A DNA stretch of 64,000 nucleotides. It comes from Chloroflexota bacterium. GTDB lineage: Bacteria; Chloroflexota; Limnocylindria; Limnocylindrales; CSP1-4. The notes under the pieces were generated by a model. It saw only the letters and a program-made list of their open reading frames with translations. It was not told where the DNA came from and did not search any database. The stretch's first letter is position 1. Every line of letters starts with the position of its first letter. Location of the stretch: NCBI GenBank assembly GCA_003141245.1, contig PLLE01000043.1:36542-100541 (forward strand), given 5' to 3'. Positions 37,344 to 46,267 of the stretch are shown piece after piece. A program made the position numbers and the translations under genes.

Positions 37344-38078
37344 TCAACCCCGCCGCGTCATCGCCGCGTACGTGACCGCAAAGCCGAGCACGCACCACAC
37401 CGCAAGCGTCAGGAACGCACCGGGCGGCAGGGGGAATTCGTTCGGCGCGATAGTGCCGCGGGTCACCTCACCCATCGCCTGGATCGGCAGTAGCCGGTGG
37501 ATCGTCTCCAGCCAGCCAGGCAGCTTGTCGGGCAGGAAGGTCAGCGGCGAGAACATGAAGACGAAGACGACGATCGCCTGGGTGATGATCACGGTGAGCA
37601 TGTACGGCAGGACTGACGCCAGGGCGTAGCCCACGCAAGTCGAGGTCAAGGCCACCATCAGAACGGCTGGGATGACCAGCGGGCTGACCTGCAGGTCCAG
37701 GCCGAACCGCCAGGCCCCAACGAGCACGCCCAGGACCACACCCGGCACGACGATCGCGAGCCAGACCGTGAGGTCGGCGACAAGGTAGGAAAGCCTCGGG
37801 ACCGGCAGCGAGCGCATGTAGGCGAGGCTGCCCTCTGTCTTCTGCTCGCCCACCGTCTGGGGCAGGGCCACCAGTCCGACCGAGAGCATGGAGATCGCAG
37901 GCGCGCCGGTGGCGATCAGGTAGACCGTCACCCGGTCCAGCGTCGGGAAGAGAAGCGGATAGCCGAGCACGATACCGAGCGAGAAGAGGGTCTGAACCGC
38001 CATCATCAACGGCAGGTAGGCCTTCTTGCGCAGGGCCTGCCAGGTCACGAGCAACCGATAGCTACGCAGCGCTTGCAT
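37344..38078 (-). CDS. ABC-2 type transporter permease (start at MQALRSY)
   Basis: Six predicted TM helices, an ABC-2 family fold, and a 17-nt overlap with the upstream ATPase gene. Confidence 0.7.
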   Translation of the reverse strand: MQALRSYRLLVTWQALRKKAYLPLMMAVQTLFSLGIVLGYPLLFPTLDRVTVYLIATGAPAISMLSVGLVALPQTVGEQKTEGSLAYMRSLPVPRLSYLVADLTVWLAIVVPGVVLGVLVGAWRFGLDLQVSPLVIPAVLMVALTSTCVGYALASVLPYMLTVIITQAIVVFVFMFSPLTFLPDKLPGWLETIHRLLPIQAMGEVTRGTIAPNEFPLPPGAFLTLAVWCVLGFAVTYAAMTRRG

Positions 38079-39024
38079 CGAAGCTCTCCTCCGTCTCGGC
38101 GGGTCGGACGTCTCCACCTCCGACCAGCGCCACATACACGTCTTCCAGCGTCGCCGGCCCGAGGGTGAACTCCTCGACCGCTCCGGCCCGTTGCAGCGAT
38201 TCGGCCCAGGCGACGGCGGGGCCGGCGGCGTCCATCGGGACACCGACCATCAGCCGATTACCGACCGCGACGACCGACCGACCGAACGGCGAGACCGGCG
38301 CCTCGGCCGCTCTGGGGTCGACGACGAGCTCCAGCCGAAGCTCCGCGCCGAGGACGGCCTTGAGCTCCGCCGGCGTCCCCTCGGCGATGACCCGGCCCGC
38401 GTCGAGGATCGCCAGGCGATCCACCGAGCGCTCTGCCTCGATGACGTTGTGCGTGACCAGCAGCACCGCGGCGCCGTCGTCGGCGAGCGCCCGCACTTGC
38501 TGCCACAGCAGCCGGCGGCGGACCGGATCCACGTCGTTGGTCGGCTCGTCGAGCATCACCAGGCGGCCCGGGGCGACCGAGGCCATGGCGAAAGCCACCA
38601 GCCGCTTGACGCCACCGGAGAGCCGGGCCGCGTCTACGTCGAGCCACTCCCCGAGTTCGAGGGCGTCGACGAGAATCCCGCGGCGGCGCCGAACCTCCGC
38701 CTTGGACGCGCCGCGCAACTGGCCGAGCAGCTCGATCGCCTGGCGCGGCGTCAGGCCGTCGATCGGGACCTGGGCCTGAGCCTGGAACGAGCACAGCCGG
38801 CGGGCCAGCCCCGGGTCCGCGACCAGGTCATGACCGTCGATCAGGATGGAGCCGGAGGTCGGCTTGAGCAGCCCCACGACCTGGTTGACGAGGGTCGTCT
38901 TGCCGGCGCCGTTGTGGCCGAGCAGACCGAAGACTTCACCCTCCTCGACCGACAGGGTGATGCCGTCGTTGGCCCTTGTTCCGGTCCGGTACACCTTGGT
39001 CAGGTTCTCGATTTCCAGCAACAT
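38062..39024 (-). CDS. ABC transporter ATP-binding protein (ABC-2/DrrA-like exporter ATPase)
   Basis: Walker A GHNGAGKTT, signature LSGGVKRL and Walker B LVMLDEPTNDVD. Confidence 0.85.
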   Translation of the reverse strand: MLLEIENLTKVYRTGTRANDGITLSVEEGEVFGLLGHNGAGKTTLVNQVVGLLKPTSGSILIDGHDLVADPGLARRLCSFQAQAQVPIDGLTPRQAIELLGQLRGASKAEVRRRRGILVDALELGEWLDVDAARLSGGVKRLVAFAMASVAPGRLVMLDEPTNDVDPVRRRLLWQQVRALADDGAAVLLVTHNVIEAERSVDRLAILDAGRVIAEGTPAELKAVLGAELRLELVVDPRAAEAPVSPFGRSVVAVGNRLMVGVPMDAAGPAVAWAESLQRAGAVEEFTLGPATLEDVYVALVGGGDVRPAETEESFDASAA

Positions 39025-39208
39025 CCTTGTCCTCTTTCGCCTCGTCTATCGGCTGCCGGGAGTTGATAGGGCTGGCGCCCCGGTCGGGTCTCGCTCCCGG
39101 CGTCCGCCAGCTGTCTTCCATTTGTTTCAGGCAACACCCGTCCAGGCCGAGGTCGGCGACCGACCCGGGACGGCTCGATGGATTGGATTGCGGCGCGGGG
39201 CCGCGAGA

Positions 39209-39643
39209 CTACTCGATGGCTATCCGAACCTCGTCGCCATCGTCGGAGACCTCCAGAATCGGCCCGGTCATCCCGCTCCGGATCGCCTCCGCGATGCGGG
39301 ACCGGTGGTCCGGCGAAAGACCCGGCACCTGGTCGATCGCGAACCCCGCCGCAGCCAGAGGGATCTGAAGGTTGATTACCTGGCGGCCCTTCTCGGCCAC
39401 ATAGACTCTGATCTTACGACCGTCGAGCAGCTCTTGGGCACCGCCGGCTCGACGGCCTCCTTCACGGCCGGTCTCCTTTGCGCTTTGGCGCGCGCCGGCG
39501 GCGCCGGAACCGGTTCCGACGCCGTTGGGGCGAGTCTCGCTGGGGGCTCTCTCCTCGAGTGCGGCCACGATCGGCGCCGCTTCCTCGGCCGTGATGCGGC
39601 CCTCCGAAACGAGACGGAGCAATACCTCCAGCGCACCGGACAT
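39209..39643 (-). CDS. Small hypothetical protein with a SHOCT-like N-terminal motif
   Basis: LVSEGRITAEEAAPIVAALEE resembles SHOCT/DUF1707 segments; it is the last gene of the DUF2089-DUF4097 string. Confidence 0.4.
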   Translation of the reverse strand: MSGALEVLLRLVSEGRITAEEAAPIVAALEERAPSETRPNGVGTGSGAAGARQSAKETGREGGRRAGGAQELLDGRKIRVYVAEKGRQVINLQIPLAAAGFAIDQVPGLSPDHRSRIAEAIRSGMTGPILEVSDDGDEVRIAIE

Positions 39644-39648
39644 CGCCG

Positions 39649-40821
39649 CTACCTCCCCGTCCGGTCGAGCCGCGACGCGGCCTCGTCGACCCCGATCTCG
39701 CCTCGCTCGAGGGCCTGGAGGATCGCCAGCGCATCATCGTCGGCCTGGTCGTCGCGGGCATGGTCGGCGGCTTCCTCGACGGTCTCGTCCGGGTTCCAGC
39801 TCTCCGCCGACCCATCGGCCGGCGCTTCGGTGGTGGGGGTCGCGGCTGCCACGGCGGCGGTGGCGCCTGGTTGTGGCCGAGCGGTATCGCCGCTGGCGAC
39901 GGCCGCATGGGTCTCGGCCGGCGCGGGCTCGCTTCGCCCGGGGCCAGCGACAGGTTGCGTGGCGGCCGCCCTGCCGGAGGTGCCGACGACCGTGTCGGAT
40001 GGGCGAGGCGCCAGCAGACGCAACGAGCCCGAGGTCGAATTGACTCGCAGGTTCGCCCGCCCGTCGCCGACGATCGCTCGCCAGAACCCACGCGTGCCCT
40101 CGATGTGGCGCTCGATTTCGGAGTGGATCGAGCCCGAGACCGTCTTGAGCTCGGCGCTGACTCCGGATAGAGGCGTGAAGTCCACGCTGCCGGAGATCGA
40201 CTCGGCGCGGTGGTCGCCCGCCGGGTCCAGGGCTCCGACGACGATCATGCTGCCGCTCGTCGTCGAGAGGCTCAGGTCGTGGAAGAGGCCGGCGCGGGCC
40301 TTGATGCCGCCGGAGATGGTGCTGGCCCGGAGGCGCAGCGCCGATCCGCCGTCTAGGGTGATGCCGCCCGAGATGGTTCCGGCCTCCACGTGTCCGCCCA
40401 GATTCCACATGCGGATCTCGCCCGAGACCGTCCTGTACTTCTGGTCGCCGACGAGATTCTCGGCCTCGATGGAGCCGCTCAACGTCTCGAACCGGAGCTT
40501 CGTGCCCCAGGGGGCCTCGACGAGAACGTCGGCGCTGACCCGGGCGCCGCCGAAGAGCCAGGCCAGGCCCGTGGAGAGCCGCCGCTCCGGCGTCTCGATC
40601 TCGAGCGAACCGTCGCCGCGCTCGATGGCCACGCGGCCGCTGTCGAGGGCTCGTTCGGCGGAGGCGTGGTCGGTCGCCCTAATGCGATAAGCCACCGTCA
40701 CGCGCGCGTCGTCACCGTCGATCCCTCGGACGCGAACCAGGCCGGTGACGGTCTTGACCGAAAGCCGTCCGGCGGAACCCAATCGATGCGTGAGCGACTC
40801 CCGGCGCTCCAGCGTGCCCAT
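39649..40821 (-). CDS. DUF4097-family (LiaG/YvlB-like, putative beta-helical adhesin-like) protein with a Pro/Ala-rich spacer and a C-terminal SHOCT-like tail
   Basis: Repeated TVSGSI / TISGGI / SISGSV beta-strand repeats characteristic of DUF4097; C-terminal ALAILQALERGEIGVDEAASRL. Confidence 0.6.
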   Translation of the reverse strand: MGTLERRESLTHRLGSAGRLSVKTVTGLVRVRGIDGDDARVTVAYRIRATDHASAERALDSGRVAIERGDGSLEIETPERRLSTGLAWLFGGARVSADVLVEAPWGTKLRFETLSGSIEAENLVGDQKYRTVSGEIRMWNLGGHVEAGTISGGITLDGGSALRLRASTISGGIKARAGLFHDLSLSTTSGSMIVVGALDPAGDHRAESISGSVDFTPLSGVSAELKTVSGSIHSEIERHIEGTRGFWRAIVGDGRANLRVNSTSGSLRLLAPRPSDTVVGTSGRAAATQPVAGPGRSEPAPAETHAAVASGDTARPQPGATAAVAAATPTTEAPADGSAESWNPDETVEEAADHARDDQADDDALAILQALERGEIGVDEAASRLDRTGR

Positions 40822-40824
40822 CTC

Positions 40825-41298
40825 CTACTCCTTCCGAGAGCGGATCAGGGCCGCGGCCTCGTCCGCCGTGATCTCATGTCGAGCCAGCCGCTCCAGAACC
40901 TCGCGGCGCAGCCCACTCATCTCACCCCGCCCCGAACCGTCGTCAGAGCCGTCGTCGGCGAAGGTGCCTTCCGCCAGGCCGAGCGCCCGAACGAGGGCGT
41001 CGATCCGAGCGCGGACCGTCGGGTAGGAGAGCTTGAGTTCCCGCTCCAGCTCCTTCAGGTTGCCCCGAGCGCGCAGGAAGCTCTCCAGGAGAGCCAGCTG
41101 CTCGCGGCTCAGGCGCCCAAAGCGGCCGACGCTGAAGTCGCCCTCGATGGCGGTGCCGCAGCTTCGACATTGCAGCCGGGTCACGAACAGCTCGCTCGAG
41201 CAGACCGGACAGGTCGAGATCACGTCGCGTGTCATTGGTACCGTCACTCCGGAGATCACGACCGGCCAGTGGCTGGTCTGGACCTCGTGAGTTGTCAC
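40825..41298 (-). CDS. DUF2089-family protein (zinc ribbon plus HTH; YvlA-like). Probable GTG start.
   Basis: CPVCSSEL...CRSCG zinc-ribbon, then LSREQLALLESFLRARGNLKELERELKLSYPTVRARI, an HTH. Confidence 0.6.
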   Translation of the reverse strand: MTTHEVQTSHWPVVISGVTVPMTRDVISTCPVCSSELFVTRLQCRSCGTAIEGDFSVGRFGRLSREQLALLESFLRARGNLKELERELKLSYPTVRARIDALVRALGLAEGTFADDGSDDGSGRGEMSGLRREVLERLARHEITADEAAALIRSRKE

Positions 41299-41358
41299 TA
41301 TTGCATAAGGCCTTTCTATATGTCAAGGACACCTTACCATTTTGATAAACTGGCCTCC

Positions 41359-41373
41359 TAGATACCTAGATAC
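41359..41373. promoter_or_regulatory. Direct repeat TAGATAC-C-TAGATAC in the AT-rich divergent promoter region between the DUF2089 and DUF3090 genes
   Basis: tagatacctagatac lies within the 220-bp intergenic region. A TTGACA hexamer sits on the minus strand (plus coordinates 41321-41326), upstream of the DUF2089 GTG start. Confidence 0.4.
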
Positions 41374-41517
41374 GGCCGGCCGGAGACGGGCATGACGGCC
41401 CGAGTCGCCGGATTCGGCCGGTGAGCGCGCGGTCCCGGACTTCAGAGCCGTCTGGTGTAGGGGGTATAGATTCGCCTCGACGGCGCGCGATGCGCCTTCG
41501 ATCTCCTGGAGGCGCAA

Positions 41518-42098
41518 TGGCTCGTCGGGTCTACCTAATCGAGAATCCCGATCGTTTCGTCGCCGGCGCGGTCGGTCAGCCGGGCAGCCGCATCTTCTAT
41601 CTGCAGGCCCGCGAGGGCTCTCGCGTCGTCACCGTCGTCCTGGAAAAGACCCAGGTCGCGCTGCTCGCGGAACGCCTGAGCGAGCTGCTGGCGGAGGTGC
41701 GCAGCCGCGGCGCGGACGTGCCCGACGATCTATCGACCGACGAGGTGGACCGGGCTCCCCTCGAAGAGCCCCTCGTCGAGGCCTTCCGGGTCGGGACGAT
41801 GGCGATCGTATGGGACGGAGACGACGAGAGCGTCGTCGTGGAGGCGCGCGAGGTCAAGGTAGACGAGGGCGACGAGGGCGACGAAGAGACGGACGAAGAG
41901 ACGGACGAAGCCGCGGACGACGAGGACGACGAAGACGGCGACCTCATGCGCGTCCACATGGAGCCGCGCAAGGCGCTCGCATTCGCCGGCCGAGCCCTGG
42001 AAGTCGTCGCGGCGGGCCGGCCGCCGTGCCCTTTCTGCGGCCAGCCACTCAACGCCGAGGGCCACATCTGCACCCGCCGAAACGGCTACATGCACTGA
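41518..42098 (+). CDS. DUF3090-family protein (three-Cys-motif partner of SCO1664-family proteins) with an internal poly-acidic tandem repeat
   Basis: C-terminus PPCPFCGQPLNAEGHICTRRNGYMH is the family's characteristic ending. The middle is DEGDEGDEETDEETDEAADDEDDEDGD, encoded by tandem 9/12-nt repeats. The start is MARRVYLIENPDRF, preceded by GGAGG. Confidence 0.65.
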
Positions 42099-42105
42099 GA
42101 TCGAG

Positions 42106-42939
42106 ATGGCCGAATCGAGAGCAGACGAGAGCCGCAGTCAGGCCGAGTCGCGTCTCACTCGCGAGGAGATGGAAGCAGCCGCCCTCGACGGACGTCAGGT
42201 CGGCGGCGAGATCGACACGGAGACCGCGCTGCGAGTCCTCAACGACGGCGAGCTGACCGTCGTGGGCAGGCTGCTGTCGGCCTCGAACGCGACCTTCTTC
42301 TGTCTCGTGGAGGAGCATCGGCCCGGCGGCGAGCCAGGGCCGATCGCCAGTTGCGTCTACAAACCGATCCGCGGCGAGCGGCCCCTGATCGACTTCCCCG
42401 ACGGGACCCTGGCCTGCCGCGAGGCGGCCGCTTACGCCGTCTCGGAGGCGAGCGGCTGGAACCTGATCCCACCCACAGTGCTGCGCGACGGACCCTTCGG
42501 CCCGGGCATGGTCCAACTCTGGATGGAGGCCGACGAGACGGTCGACGTGGCCGCGCTCATCGGCGACGACCTCCCCGCACTGCGCCGCATCGCCCTCTTC
42601 GACGCCGTCCTCAACAACGCCGACCGCAAGGGCGGGCACCTGCTGCCACTCCCCGACGGGCGGATCCTGGGCATCGACAACGGGCTGTGCTTCGCCGTCG
42701 AGCCGAAGCTGAGGACGGTCCTGTGGCTGTGGCGCGGTCAGCCGCTGGACGAAGACGAAGTTACGGCGCTGTCGCGTTTGCGCGAGCGACTGGGTGGGAC
42801 GCTGGGCGAGCAGCTGCGCGCGCTGCTGGTGCCGACCGAAATACTCGCGACGGTGCGACGGATCGACGGCCTGCTGACCAACCGCCGCTTCCCCCTCCCC
42901 GACCGCGATCGGCCGGCCATTCCATGGCCGCCGTTCTAG
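42106..42939 (+). CDS. SCO1664-family protein (actinobacterial PI3/4-kinase-like fold, function unknown)
   Basis: LTVVGRLLSASNATFFCLVEEH...VYKPIRGERPL...NNADRKGGHLL...LGIDNGLCF. The last two blocks resemble kinase catalytic-loop and DxG regions. It is tightly linked (7 nt) to the DUF3090 gene. Confidence 0.65.
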   Translation: MAESRADESRSQAESRLTREEMEAAALDGRQVGGEIDTETALRVLNDGELTVVGRLLSASNATFFCLVEEHRPGGEPGPIASCVYKPIRGERPLIDFPDGTLACREAAAYAVSEASGWNLIPPTVLRDGPFGPGMVQLWMEADETVDVAALIGDDLPALRRIALFDAVLNNADRKGGHLLPLPDGRILGIDNGLCFAVEPKLRTVLWLWRGQPLDEDEVTALSRLRERLGGTLGEQLRALLVPTEILATVRRIDGLLTNRRFPLPDRDRPAIPWPPF

Positions 42940-43036
42940 GTCAGGCCCTGGCCGCCGGTTCGCGGCTCCTCTCGTGCGGCGATCGGCGCACGAGGCGCCT
43001 GCTCCTCCGGCACAATCGCGCCAGGAGGGAGATGAC

Positions 43037-44125
43037 TTGCTGAGCTATCTCGCAATCCGGACCCGGATCATCGCCAGCGTCGCCATAGCGGCCACGTGCG
43101 GCGCCCTGGTGTTGCGCGCCGCGGACGCGGCGCCGGCGACCGTCTTCATCGTGACCTGTGTGGCCCTGGCCGGCCTGGCCGCGATGGTCGGCGAGGTGAC
43201 GGACCAGCTCAGCGGGCGACTCGGGCCCGGCGCGACCGGCGTCCTCCAGTCGGCGCTCGGCAACCTGCCGGAGTTCTTCATCGGCATCTTCGCCCTGCGG
43301 GCGGGCCTGGTCGACGTCGTCCGATCGGCTCTCGTCGGCTCGATCCTGGCGAACACGCTTCTGGTTCTCGGCCTCGCCTTCATCGCCGGAGGACTTCGCC
43401 ACGGAGCCCAGAAGTTCGGCGGCGATCAGACCCGCACCATGTCGACGCTGCTGCTGCTGGCGGTCGCGGCCCTGGCCATCCCGACGATCGCGGCGGCCCC
43501 CGGCGGCCCGGATCGCGGTCACGAGACCGAGATTTCGGTCGTCGTCTCGGTCGTCCTGCTGATCGTCTTCGCGGCCAGCATCCCGTTCTCGATCGGCAAG
43601 GGCGGCCCGGCGGTCGGAGCCGAAGAAGGCCTCGTCCTGACCGACACGCTGTGGCCCCTCGGCGTAGCGCTCGGGGTCCTGGCGGCGGCGGGAGTCGGGG
43701 CCGCCTTCGCCTCCGATTGGTTCGTCGAGGCTCTCCAGCCCACGATGCAGACTTTCGGGATGTCGCAGTCGTTCGCCGGCCTGGTGGTCGTCGCGATCGC
43801 CGGCAATGCCGTCGAGAACTTCACCGGGATAAGGGCCATGCTCGCCGACAAGGGCGACCTGGCGATCAGCCTGATCCTCAACTCGAGCCTGCAGGTGGCG
43901 CTTGCCCTCACGCCGATCCTGGTGATCGCCAGCCTGCTGCTGGGCGGGGCCACGCTCACGCTGGTCGTCTCGCCGCTCCTGGTCGTCGCGCTCGCGCTGG
44001 CGACCCTGCTGGCGGCCTTTGTCGTGATCGACGGCGAGTCGACCTGGCTCGAAGGTCTGGCGCTGGTGGGGCTGTACGTGATCGTCGCCGCCAGCGTCTG
44101 GTGGGGCGCGCCGATCGCGGGTTGA
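43037..44125 (+). CDS. Ca2+/H+ (cation/proton) antiporter, CaCA family. The ORF track starts at 42974; a TTG at 43037 preceded by GGAGGG is the more likely start.
   Basis: Two alpha-repeat regions (GNLPEFFIGIFALRAG and GNAVENFTGIRAMLADKGDLAISLILNSSLQVAL) flank a hydrophilic loop; 10-11 TM helices. Confidence 0.8.
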   Translation: MLSYLAIRTRIIASVAIAATCGALVLRAADAAPATVFIVTCVALAGLAAMVGEVTDQLSGRLGPGATGVLQSALGNLPEFFIGIFALRAGLVDVVRSALVGSILANTLLVLGLAFIAGGLRHGAQKFGGDQTRTMSTLLLLAVAALAIPTIAAAPGGPDRGHETEISVVVSVVLLIVFAASIPFSIGKGGPAVGAEEGLVLTDTLWPLGVALGVLAAAGVGAAFASDWFVEALQPTMQTFGMSQSFAGLVVVAIAGNAVENFTGIRAMLADKGDLAISLILNSSLQVALALTPILVIASLLLGGATLTLVVSPLLVVALALATLLAAFVVIDGESTWLEGLALVGLYVIVAASVWWGAPIAG

Positions 44126-44144
44126 CCCGAACGCTCGGCTAGAC

Positions 44145-45245
44145 TTGCCTCCCTTGGATCCCGCCGCGCAGCCGTCACGCGATGCCCGACCGAGCCCGAG
44201 TCAGGGCCGGCGCGTCTTCCGCAGGATCGTCGCCGGCCCGAGGACCTACGAGACGCTGTGGCAAGTCTTCGCCGTCAGCCTCTTCCTGACGATCGGCGTC
44301 CAGGTCGCGGTCGGCGTGGCCACGAGGCTCATGGTCGACTCGTGGCCCGCCTACGACACCAATGCCTACTGGCTGGCGTCGCGTCACATCCTTCAGGGAC
44401 AGCCTCTGTACGAGCAGTCGACGATCTGGGCCGGCGGCGTCTACAAGTACCCACCGATCTTCGCCCAACTCACCTTCCTGATCGCGTTGGTACCCGAGGT
44501 CTTCGTCGACTGGGCCTGGCGCATCCTCGGCATAATGTGCTTGCGCTACCTCTGCGGGTCCTGGCGGCTGACCCTGATCGCGACCCTGCAGTGGCCCGTC
44601 TGGGCCGAGCTCGACTTCGGCAACGTCACGCTGCAGCTCGGGGCAGTGCTGCTCTTCGCGCTGCGCGATCGTCGCGGCGCATATCTGCTGCCTTGGTTCG
44701 CGGCGCTAAAGTTCGGGCCCGGCCTGCTGATCCCCTACCTGTGGCTGACCAGGCCCGACTACCGCCGACCGCTGGCTATCGGCTGCGGGGTCTTCGCGGC
44801 CGCTTGCGCCGTCTCGGCCCTCGCCGCGCCCGGGCTGTGGGTCGACTATCTGGGCACGTTCGGCTGGGAGGCCGCCTCGGAGATGCGGGCCCTGCACGTG
44901 CTTGCGATCGTCCCGGACCACGGCGGATTGGACTTCGCGATTCGCTGTGCGATCGCGGCGGCGGCCGTTCTCGTGGCGATTCGCCGGCGGGCGGACTGGC
45001 TGGCATTCCTGGCCGCCGCGGCGACGATGCCGATCTTCTCCCTCACCCGGCTGGCGGTGCTCGTGGGCCTGTGGCCCTTGTGGCTGCGCGACCGTGTGGA
45101 CGAGTGGCGGCGCAGCGGGGGTCGAGTGCGTGGCGCGGCCTCGGATGCGCTGGAGCATCTGGGACTCGTGTCAGGGCCCGTGGCTCCTGCGCCGACTGCG
45201 GCTCCGGCGCCGACCGCGGGCCCGACGCAGTCCGGTCGGAGCTAG
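44145..45245 (+). CDS. GT87 / DUF2029 family integral-membrane glycosyltransferase (PimE/AftA-like mannosyl- or arabinosyltransferase family)
   Basis: Polytopic membrane protein with the conserved VYKYPP loop after the first helices, as in GT87. Confidence 0.6.
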   Translation: MPPLDPAAQPSRDARPSPSQGRRVFRRIVAGPRTYETLWQVFAVSLFLTIGVQVAVGVATRLMVDSWPAYDTNAYWLASRHILQGQPLYEQSTIWAGGVYKYPPIFAQLTFLIALVPEVFVDWAWRILGIMCLRYLCGSWRLTLIATLQWPVWAELDFGNVTLQLGAVLLFALRDRRGAYLLPWFAALKFGPGLLIPYLWLTRPDYRRPLAIGCGVFAAACAVSALAAPGLWVDYLGTFGWEAASEMRALHVLAIVPDHGGLDFAIRCAIAAAAVLVAIRRRADWLAFLAAAATMPIFSLTRLAVLVGLWPLWLRDRVDEWRRSGGRVRGAASDALEHLGLVSGPVAPAPTAAPAPTAGPTQSGRS

Positions 45246-46264
45246 ACGCGCCTTTCGCGCCAGGCCGGATCGCCGTGGCGCTGTGCCACCAGGGGCCACG
45301 CCCCCACGAGGCCCACGTCCTTGCCCAACTCGGAAGGCACGATCTTGACGCGCGCCGCCGGAGCTCGCAGGGCCGAGCTCTCGACGGCCGCACGCGCCGG
45401 AGCCAGCCAGCGCTCTCCCTGTCGCTCGGCCAGCGTCCCGCCGACGACGATGCGCTCGGGGTTGAAGGCATTGACCCAGCCGACGCAGGCGATCGCGAAG
45501 GCCTGCCGCGCACGCTGCATCAGCCGGGCGCACACCTCGTCTCCCGCCGCTTCGCCCTCGGCCACGTCCTTGCCGGTCAGCGGCGCCAGATCGGCCCGCG
45601 CCCGCAGGAAGTCGGACGCTCCCCGAGCCACCTCGTCCTGGGCCTGCATAGCCAGTCCCGCTCCGGCGGCTATCCCCTCGAGATGGCCCCTGCCTCCGCA
45701 GCCGCAACGCGGCCCGCCGTTCGCGACCAGGCAGACGTGGCCAAGCTCGCCCGCCGTGCCGTCGGGTCCGAGCATCAAGCAGCCGTCGTGGAAGATGGCC
45801 CCGCCCAGGCCCGTGGAGACGGTGAGGTACAGGAAATCGCCACAGCCGCGGGCGGCGCCCAACCAGTGCTCGGCCAGGGCGGCGACATTAGTGTCACGCT
45901 CCAGGTACGCGGGCAATCCGACGCGAGCTTCCATCTCATCCGCGAGCGGCGCGTCGCGGAAGACCTCCACGTTGGGCGGATCGACCACCAGACCTCGCCA
46001 CGGATCCACGGGTCCCATCGAAGAGATGCCGATGGCCGCCACTCGGGCGCGCACCGCCGCCGGCAGGCCATCGGCCGCTTCCCTCAAGAGCGCCGCGCAA
46101 GCCCGATAGATCGCCTCGGCGCCGTCCGCCACAGGCGTCGGAGCCGAGCAGCGACCCAGGCGCATCCCGTCCGGCTCGATGGCGGCGGCCCGGATCTGGG
46201 TGCCGCCGATGTCCAGGGCCAGAACCACCATTCGGTCCGAGGTGGTCTCGGCACCCTCGGCCAC
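45242..46264 (-). CDS. ROK-family sugar kinase (glucokinase-like)
   Basis: N-terminal LALDIGGTQIR, the ROK signature, and the zinc motif GHVCLVANGGPRCGCGGRGHLE. Confidence 0.8.
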   Translation of the reverse strand: MAEGAETTSDRMVVLALDIGGTQIRAAAIEPDGMRLGRCSAPTPVADGAEAIYRACAALLREAADGLPAAVRARVAAIGISSMGPVDPWRGLVVDPPNVEVFRDAPLADEMEARVGLPAYLERDTNVAALAEHWLGAARGCGDFLYLTVSTGLGGAIFHDGCLMLGPDGTAGELGHVCLVANGGPRCGCGGRGHLEGIAAGAGLAMQAQDEVARGASDFLRARADLAPLTGKDVAEGEAAGDEVCARLMQRARQAFAIACVGWVNAFNPERIVVGGTLAERQGERWLAPARAAVESSALRAPAARVKIVPSELGKDVGLVGAWPLVAQRHGDPAWRERRV

Positions 46265-46267
46265 CCG

